Origin: a bacterium
GTDB lineage: Bacteria > Patescibacteriota > UBA1384 > VFKW01
NCBI GenBank assembly: GCA_030647355.1
Contig: JAUSIS010000004.1
Span: 4,066 to 68,065 of the forward strand
Direction of reading: 5' to 3'
DNA: 64,000 bases
Shown one piece after another: positions 57,879 to 64,000 of the stretch. The notes below the pieces were generated by a model. It did no database searches and was not told where the DNA came from. It saw nothing but the letters and a program-made list of their open reading frames with translations. The position numbers were made by a program, and so were the translations under genes. How positions within the stretch are numbered: position 1 is the stretch's first letter; each line of letters starts with the position of its first letter.

Positions 57879-58078
57879 AAGATCCTCTTTTTGATATTGG
57901 TTATTTAAATTTTGGTTGTAATAAAAGCTTACCAAAAATGGAACAAACGGTAAATGTTTATTAGGCGCAGTTACATCTTGTGGTCAGTATTTATTGACAA
58001 GGTGACTCACTTTTGGTATTTTTATACTATGACCTATATCGGGGGTGGAGGTGTCTGTAAGCTAAGTAAAGGAGCTCC

Positions 58079-58345
58079 ATGAATAAAGATAAGACGCTAG
58101 TCAATTTCAAAAAGGCGCAAAGTCATATCAATAAGATAATTAAGATGGTAGAGGATGGGGACTATTGCATAAATATCATGCAGCAGAATTTGGCGGTAAT
58201 CGGCCTCTTGAAATCTGCTCATCAGATGCTGATGGAAGAACATTTAAATACTTGCTTTGCCAAAGCCATGTCTACCAGTAATGAAAAGCGTAAAAAAGAA
58301 ATGACTGAGGAAATTTTAAAACTCATTAAGTTATATAATAAGTAA
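58079..58345 (+). CDS. csoR: CsoR-family metal-sensing repressor
   Basis: YCINIMQQ..AV and EEHLNTC Cys-His-Cys ligands. Confidence 0.88.
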   Translation: MNKDKTLVNFKKAQSHINKIIKMVEDGDYCINIMQQNLAVIGLLKSAHQMLMEEHLNTCFAKAMSTSNEKRKKEMTEEILKLIKLYNK

Positions 58346-58351
58346 ATTTTA

Positions 58352-60148
58352 ATGAGCAAAAAAAAACAACATAAAAATAGCTGGAAGAATCAAGTACATC
58401 GAAATGGCGAAAGACAGGAGCAAATTCCGATAAAAGGCATGCATTGCCGCTCTTGTGAGATTTTAATTGAAGATGAACTAAACAAAATACCCTCGATAAT
58501 AAAGATAGCAGTTAACCATAAAAACGGGATAGCGACTATCCGCCATGAAGGTACGGTCGACATGGAAGCAGTTAATAAGGCTATCCAAGATGCCGGTTAT
58601 GAGATAGGCATCGAGCGAAAAGATTTTGTCTCGAAAAATTTTGAGGATTATAAAGACCTATATATATCGGCAGTCATCTTGCTTAGTCTATATATTATAT
58701 ATAAGTGGACGGGCTTATCGAGTTTAAGCATCGGATCTTCAAGCGGCTATTCCAGCTTGCCTGTAGTTTTGTTGGTTGGCCTAACCGCCGGATTTTCTAC
58801 TTGCATGGTTCTGGTTGGAGGATTGGTGCTTGGGATATCTGCTCGGCATAGCGAGAAACATCCGGAAGCGACGGCTCTGCAAAAATTTCGACCTCATATA
58901 TTCTTTAACATCGGGCGTATTATCTCCTTCTTTACTCTGGGCGGACTTATCGGGGTTTTAGGATCGGTATTTCAGCTTTCCGGCCCGACTCTTGGATTGC
59001 TTACAATTATAGTTGGTTTCGTGATGATAGTGTTGGGTATCCAATTAATTGAGATTTTTCCCGGGTTGAAAAGCGGTAGCTTCACTCTACCTAAACAAAT
59101 CAGTCAATTCTTCGGCATGAAAGAGCGGCATAACAAAGAATACAGCCATAAAAATTCAACAATTATGGGCGCCTTAACTTTCTTTTTACCCTGCGGTTTT
59201 ACCCAAGCAATGCAGCTGTATGCTATTTCCACCGGAAGTTTTAAGACCGGCGCCCTTGTCATGGGTATTTTTGCGATCGGGACAATGCCGGGATTATTGG
59301 GGGTTGGCGGACTGACCTCTATTATCAAAGGCGCATTTGCAAAAAGATTCTTCAAATTTGCCGGCCTACTAGTTATTATCTTGGCATTTGTTAACATTTC
59401 TCATGGTTACAATTTAATTGGTTGGAAAATTAATTTAGCAGGATCGAAAAAGATTATAGCTGATGCTAATGATCCGAATGTTAATATAGAAAATGGTATT
59501 CAGGTGATTCGCATGACCCAAAATACTAACGGTTACTCCCCTAGTAATTTCACAATTAAAGCCGACATCCCCTCGCGATGGATTATCGATGGCCGAGATC
59601 CTACTTCTTGTTCGAGTGCCATCATTTCATCTAAATTTGGGATAAGAAAAATTCTTAAGCAAGGGAAAAATGTAATCGAGTTTACCCCCAAAGAAACCGG
59701 AGAGGCAACTTTCTCCTGCCTAATGGGTATGTATCGCGGACAATTTACTATAATTGAAAATAGTAGTAAGTATGCTAAAGAGAGTGAGAATCTTCAGGCA
59801 CCAACAGACGATAAACCGCAAGTGCAGCAGGCTCCGACACAAACTGCGCCTGCGCCAAAACCAAATTCAGACATACAAATCATTAAAGCGACCTTTGATA
59901 CTGACCGGGGTATTATCCCCAACGCGTTCGAAGTTTCAGTCGGAAAGCCAGTTCGTTTCGAAATTGATGCCAAGGAAGACGGATTCGGTTGCATGTCAAC
60001 AATTGGGATTCCCGGCCTAGTTGACCAGCCGGAGCTACTCGAAAAAGGTAAAACTATTAATTTTTCTTTCACGCCAAAAAAACAGGGCGAATACGATATC
60101 ACCTGCGCCATGGGCGTTCCTTTTGGAGCTACATTAAAGGTTAACTGA
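58352..60148 (+). CDS. HMA + DsbD_2/TauE-like membrane domain + two cupredoxin-like domains
   Basis: GMHCRSC, STCM..VGG, FLPCG, FSCLMGM, ITCAMG. Confidence 0.85.
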   Translation: MSKKKQHKNSWKNQVHRNGERQEQIPIKGMHCRSCEILIEDELNKIPSIIKIAVNHKNGIATIRHEGTVDMEAVNKAIQDAGYEIGIERKDFVSKNFEDYKDLYISAVILLSLYIIYKWTGLSSLSIGSSSGYSSLPVVLLVGLTAGFSTCMVLVGGLVLGISARHSEKHPEATALQKFRPHIFFNIGRIISFFTLGGLIGVLGSVFQLSGPTLGLLTIIVGFVMIVLGIQLIEIFPGLKSGSFTLPKQISQFFGMKERHNKEYSHKNSTIMGALTFFLPCGFTQAMQLYAISTGSFKTGALVMGIFAIGTMPGLLGVGGLTSIIKGAFAKRFFKFAGLLVIILAFVNISHGYNLIGWKINLAGSKKIIADANDPNVNIENGIQVIRMTQNTNGYSPSNFTIKADIPSRWIIDGRDPTSCSSAIISSKFGIRKILKQGKNVIEFTPKETGEATFSCLMGMYRGQFTIIENSSKYAKESENLQAPTDDKPQVQQAPTQTAPAPKPNSDIQIIKATFDTDRGIIPNAFEVSVGKPVRFEIDAKEDGFGCMSTIGIPGLVDQPELLEKGKTINFSFTPKKQGEYDITCAMGVPFGATLKVN

Positions 60149-60236
60149 AGTTAGCAACTCTTAGTAATAAGTGAGATATTGACAACAAATTCAATGACCT
60201 ATACCATAGGTGTAGGTGAATAAAGAAAGGGTTAAT

Positions 60237-60455
60237 ATGCAAACACTATTTACTCAAAAAGTAAAAATCTCTGGTATGACATGCGGTGCATGCGCTAAGC
60301 TAATCAGCAAACGGATAAGTAAAATTGATGGGGTTCAAGATATTAAAATAGAAAACAATACCGGTGAAACGGAAATTGTCAGCACACAAGATCTTGATAT
60401 TAGCGCAATCCAAAACGCCCTCGGCGAGACCGAATATAAAGTCGTTAATTTGTAA
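60237..60455 (+). CDS. copZ: CopZ-like metal chaperone
   Basis: GMTCGAC HMA motif. Confidence 0.85.
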   Translation: MQTLFTQKVKISGMTCGACAKLISKRISKIDGVQDIKIENNTGETEIVSTQDLDISAIQNALGETEYKVVNL

Positions 60456-60464
60456 GGAGTAAAA

Positions 60465-63431
60465 ATGGCCAAAAAACTAGAGCTGAAAATTGAGGGTATG
60501 CACTGTAATTCTTGTGTCGCTCTGATCCAGGAAGAGCTAAAGGAACTGGACGGAATTACTGATATAAATATCGATCCTGAAAAAGGGAGCGGGAGTTTGG
60601 TTTTAAATAACGAATCAGTTTCCACTGCACAAATTATCGAGGCGATTAAGCTGGCAGGTTATAAAGCTGAAGTAGTGGGAGAATCGGAAGATAAAAAAGA
60701 AGACTCGGACATTTCAATTAAACAAAAAACGATTGCTAACGGCAAACCTTTGAAAGTTAAAATTGAATCCAAGATCGAAGCTGTGGGCAAAATTATTCAG
60801 GATGAAGACGGTCGCCCAGTATTCGATGGTAAGATCCAGAACGATCGCAGTGCCGAAATAAGTGTTCCCGATAGAGATATTGAAGCAAATGGATTGCTCA
60901 AGCAGTTTGTTAATTCGATTAACATTACTAATATATTTGATAACAATCCTACGCAAAATGTAAAATCAATCGGCGAGGGTAATGAAAAATCTCAAAATGC
61001 CGATAAGCCTGATAGTCCAGTTCAGCAAAGCTTAAGCTCCAGTAGAAAAATATCTTTATCGCTGTCCGGTATGCATTGCGCCTCCTGTGCAGGTATTATT
61101 GAAAGGTCTTTGAAAAAAGTTTCGGGGGTCAGCCAGGCCAATGTTAATTTTGCCGCCGAAAAGGCATCTGTTATTTTCAATGAAAATCTTTCTCCGGTTG
61201 AAGATTTAATCAAGGCGGTTAAGAACGCCGGCTACAAAGCCGTTGTTGTTGATGAAAAGGACACAGAGTACGATTCTCGCAAGCGCCAAAGGGAAATTAA
61301 TTCTTTGTGGAGAAACTTTAGTGTCAGTTTTATTCTAAGCCTACCGATGCTTTACTTCATGTTTTTGGATTTCTTCAAATGGCTTCCCGGTGCCGGTAGT
61401 TTCCCACCTTATTTTGGAATAGTTTCCCTCATTTTAGCTACACCCGTTCAGTTTGGAGTCGGGGCCGGCTTTTATAAAGGTATGTGGTCAAGCCTGAAAA
61501 TGCGCACCTTCAACATGGATAGCCTGATTGCCATTGGCACTACCACGGCTTATGTATACAGCTTATTCAATTATATAAATTACGTATTGGTCAATAATTC
61601 TATCTTCGGTCTGAACGGTGCAAAAATCCCTGATTTATATTTTGAAACAGCCGCCTTCTTGATCACATTTGTCATTTTGGGCAAATGGTTGGAGGCAAGA
61701 GCCAAAGGAAAAACTTCCGATGCTATTAAAAAATTGATGGGACTACAGGCCAAAACGGCTCGCGTTATCAGAAATGGCGTTACCCAAGACATCGCAATTG
61801 ATGATGTAATCAACGGCGATACTATTTTAGTTCGCCCCGGGGAAAAAGTCCCGGTTGACGGTAAAATCACCAAAGGTTCTTCGGCAGTTGATGAATCAAT
61901 GCTTACCGGAGAAAGCTTGCCGGTGGAAAAAAATGTCGGCGATATGGTAGTCGGCGCCACTATTAATAAAACCGGTAGTTTTGAATTTACGGCCACAAGG
62001 GTTGGCAGTGAAACAACTCTTGCTCAAATTATCCGATTGATCGAAGAAGCCCAAGGTTCCAAAGCCCCCATTCAGGCTTTTGCCGATCGCATTTCCTCCT
62101 GGTTTGTGCCGGCCGTTATCGGGTTGGCCATTCTCACCTTCCTTATTTGGTACTTGGCCCTTGGCGCTACACTAGCCTTCTCGCTTATGGCTTTCACCGC
62201 CGTTATCGTTATCGCTTGTCCTTGCGCCCTCGGGCTAGCCACACCAACCGCCATTATGGTTGGAACAGGTAAAGGCGCCGAACAAGGAATCTTGATTAAA
62301 GGCGGCGAACCCCTTGAAAAAGCTTGTAAAATTAATACCGTAGTTTTTGACAAAACAGGAACTTTGACCCACGGCAAACCGGTGGTTACCGACGTTCTCA
62401 GTTTTAGCGGGAACAGCGATGAAGATGAAATTATGATGATTGCCGGCAGTCTAGAAAAATCTTCCGAACACCCATTGGCCGAAGCCATCTATAACTATGC
62501 CAATGAAGAATCAATCGACCTAAGCGAGGTTGACAATTTCAAAGCCGTTCCCGGGCATGGTGTTGAAGGTATTATTAATAAAACAAAATATTTCCTTGGG
62601 AACCGAAAATTAATTACCGATATAGTCGGACTCGGAATTGAGAAAATCGACCGAAAGCTTTCCCGCCTTGAGGAGCAAGGTAAAACCACCATGATCCTGG
62701 CCACCGAAAAAGAGATATTGGGAACGGTTGCTGTTGCCGACACGGTTAAAGAGACCTCAAAGGAAGCTATCTCGAAACTCAAAGTGATGGGTGTTGAAGT
62801 TTATATGATTACCGGCGACAACGAGCGAACCGCCCGAGCCATTGCCAGTCAAGTCGGCATTACCAATGTCCTATCCGAAGTCCTGCCGGAAGATAAAGCC
62901 AATGAGGTAAAAAAATTACAGGAAAATAATAAAAAAGTAGCTATGGTGGGCGACGGCATTAATGACGCCCCTGCTTTGGCTCAAGCCGATCTGGGAATTG
63001 CTATGGGTTCGGGAACCGATGTAGCCATGGAGGCCGGCGGCATTGTTATAATTAAAAATGATCTAAATGATGTCGTAAAGGCGATCGAACTATCCAAGGA
63101 AACTATGGGTAAAATCCGACAGAATATGTTCTTCGCGCTTTTCTATAATGTAATTGGCATACCGATTGCAGCTCGTGTTTTTGCCGGCTATGGACTAGTT
63201 CTGAAGCCGGAATTAGCCGGGTTAGCGATGGCCTTTAGTTCTATTTCGGTTGTTACTAATTCGCTGCTACTTCGCTATTTTAGACCGTTCAAGAAGAATT
63301 ATATCTCCATGCTGGCACCAGTTATTATGGCCATTTTATTCACCCTAATGTTCATAGAGTTTGCTCGACTCAGTTCCAAAATGAATACTGAAAAATCGAT
63401 GGAAAAAACAAACGTCCGGCAAGATAGGTAA
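60465..63431 (+). CDS. copA: Cu(I)-translocating P1B-type ATPase
   Basis: Two GMHCxxC domains, [26 protein letters not shown] and MAFSS. Confidence 0.95.
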   Translation: MAKKLELKIEGMHCNSCVALIQEELKELDGITDINIDPEKGSGSLVLNNESVSTAQIIEAIKLAGYKAEVVGESEDKKEDSDISIKQKTIANGKPLKVKIESKIEAVGKIIQDEDGRPVFDGKIQNDRSAEISVPDRDIEANGLLKQFVNSINITNIFDNNPTQNVKSIGEGNEKSQNADKPDSPVQQSLSSSRKISLSLSGMHCASCAGIIERSLKKVSGVSQANVNFAAEKASVIFNENLSPVEDLIKAVKNAGYKAVVVDEKDTEYDSRKRQREINSLWRNFSVSFILSLPMLYFMFLDFFKWLPGAGSFPPYFGIVSLILATPVQFGVGAGFYKGMWSSLKMRTFNMDSLIAIGTTTAYVYSLFNYINYVLVNNSIFGLNGAKIPDLYFETAAFLITFVILGKWLEARAKGKTSDAIKKLMGLQAKTARVIRNGVTQDIAIDDVINGDTILVRPGEKVPVDGKITKGSSAVDESMLTGESLPVEKNVGDMVVGATINKTGSFEFTATRVGSETTLAQIIRLIEEAQGSKAPIQAFADRISSWFVPAVIGLAILTFLIWYLALGATLAFSLMAFTAVIVIACPCALGLATPTAIMVGTGKGAEQGILIKGGEPLEKACKINTVVFDKTGTLTHGKPVVTDVLSFSGNSDEDEIMMIAGSLEKSSEHPLAEAIYNYANEESIDLSEVDNFKAVPGHGVEGIINKTKYFLGNRKLITDIVGLGIEKIDRKLSRLEEQGKTTMILATEKEILGTVAVADTVKETSKEAISKLKVMGVEVYMITGDNERTARAIASQVGITNVLSEVLPEDKANEVKKLQENNKKVAMVGDGINDAPALAQADLGIAMGSGTDVAMEAGGIVIIKNDLNDVVKAIELSKETMGKIRQNMFFALFYNVIGIPIAARVFAGYGLVLKPELAGLAMAFSSISVVTNSLLLRYFRPFKKNYISMLAPVIMAILFTLMFIEFARLSSKMNTEKSMEKTNVRQDR

Positions 63432-63452
63432 GTTAATTTATATAGGAGAGTT

Positions 63453-63938
63453 ATGAGAAACTACTTGGCTGCATTTATAGTTATCATACTATTAGTGATA
63501 CTTGGCGCAATTGCCATTGGTGGAAGCAATACCAATCCTTCGTATTCCCAAAAAGACCCCAATAAGCCGATTGCCCAGGTTAATGAAAAAAGCTTCAACC
63601 TGGGAGATATGAATGTTAATGACACTAAAGCGTACGATTTTTCGATTACCAACACCGGAAAAAAAGATCTTACGCTTAACAGAATATCGACTTCGTGCGA
63701 TTGTACTTTTGCTAAGATAATAAAGGCAGATGGCACAGAAAGTCCAAACTTGACAATGAACTCGGCGAATCAATGGCAGACCAGCTTAAAAACAGGCGAG
63801 TCAGCCAAACTTCGAGTTACCTACAAGCCATCAATAATGCCTCTGGAGGGATTGGTTGACCGCTATGCTACAGTTGCAACTAATGACCCAGATAATCCAA
63901 AGTTAGAGTTCAAGGTGAGTGCCAAGGTGTCAAAATGA
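63453..63938 (+). CDS. DUF1573 protein
   Basis: F.ITNTG..DL....STSCDCT, L..GES..L.V. Confidence 0.8.
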   Translation: MRNYLAAFIVIILLVILGAIAIGGSNTNPSYSQKDPNKPIAQVNEKSFNLGDMNVNDTKAYDFSITNTGKKDLTLNRISTSCDCTFAKIIKADGTESPNLTMNSANQWQTSLKTGESAKLRVTYKPSIMPLEGLVDRYATVATNDPDNPKLEFKVSAKVSK

Positions 63939-64000
63939 GTCTTTGGCCATTGTTTATTGCAGGCATAACCGATTCTTACAATCCGTGCAGCGTGGGAGTG
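63935..64000 (+). CDS. Partial membrane protein (cytochrome c biogenesis/DsbD-like), truncated by the window
   Basis: MSLWPLFIAGITDSYNPCSVGV; ATG overlaps the previous stop. Confidence 0.55.
   Translation, partial: MSLWPLFIAGITDSYNPCSVGV

Noticed and set aside
60714-63773. Antisense ORFs within copA and DUF1573, and similar ones in dnaK, comM and recG
   Set aside because: They are shadow frames of well-supported genes on the opposite strand.

Overview
This looks like a low-GC bacterial chromosome segment in code 11. A Patescibacteria/CPR origin is inferred from the gene families, the tRNA-linked HTH-LAGLIDADG-like ORFs and the palindromic repeats. Backbone genes: miaB, miaA, secG, comM, grpE-dnaK-dnaJ, split comEC, yebC-ruvC...ruvA, recG and comEA, plus six tRNAs. 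Accessory blocks: a complete IS481-family element beside a c-di-GMP-I riboswitch leader, a PilG/H/I-like ABC module, a GT4/GH94/GH130/ROK sugar operon between ruvC and ruvA, a variable region after comEA with a truncated DpnA-like methylase abutting a DpnI-like nuclease, and a CsoR-CopZ-CopA copper island. The most unusual locus is 21.8-24.2 kb. A tRNA-Lys(UUU) gene is split by a 251-nt group I intron. Its promoter, 5' exon and intron lie between perfect 24-bp inverted repeats made from the tRNA's own 3' end. Three more, progressively degenerate, copies of that 3' end punctuate an adjacent array of small genes. This is a candidate tRNA-anchored cassette array with an invertible tRNA/promoter module. 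No recombinase is encoded in the window. All calls come from reading the sequence by eye; no database searches were run.
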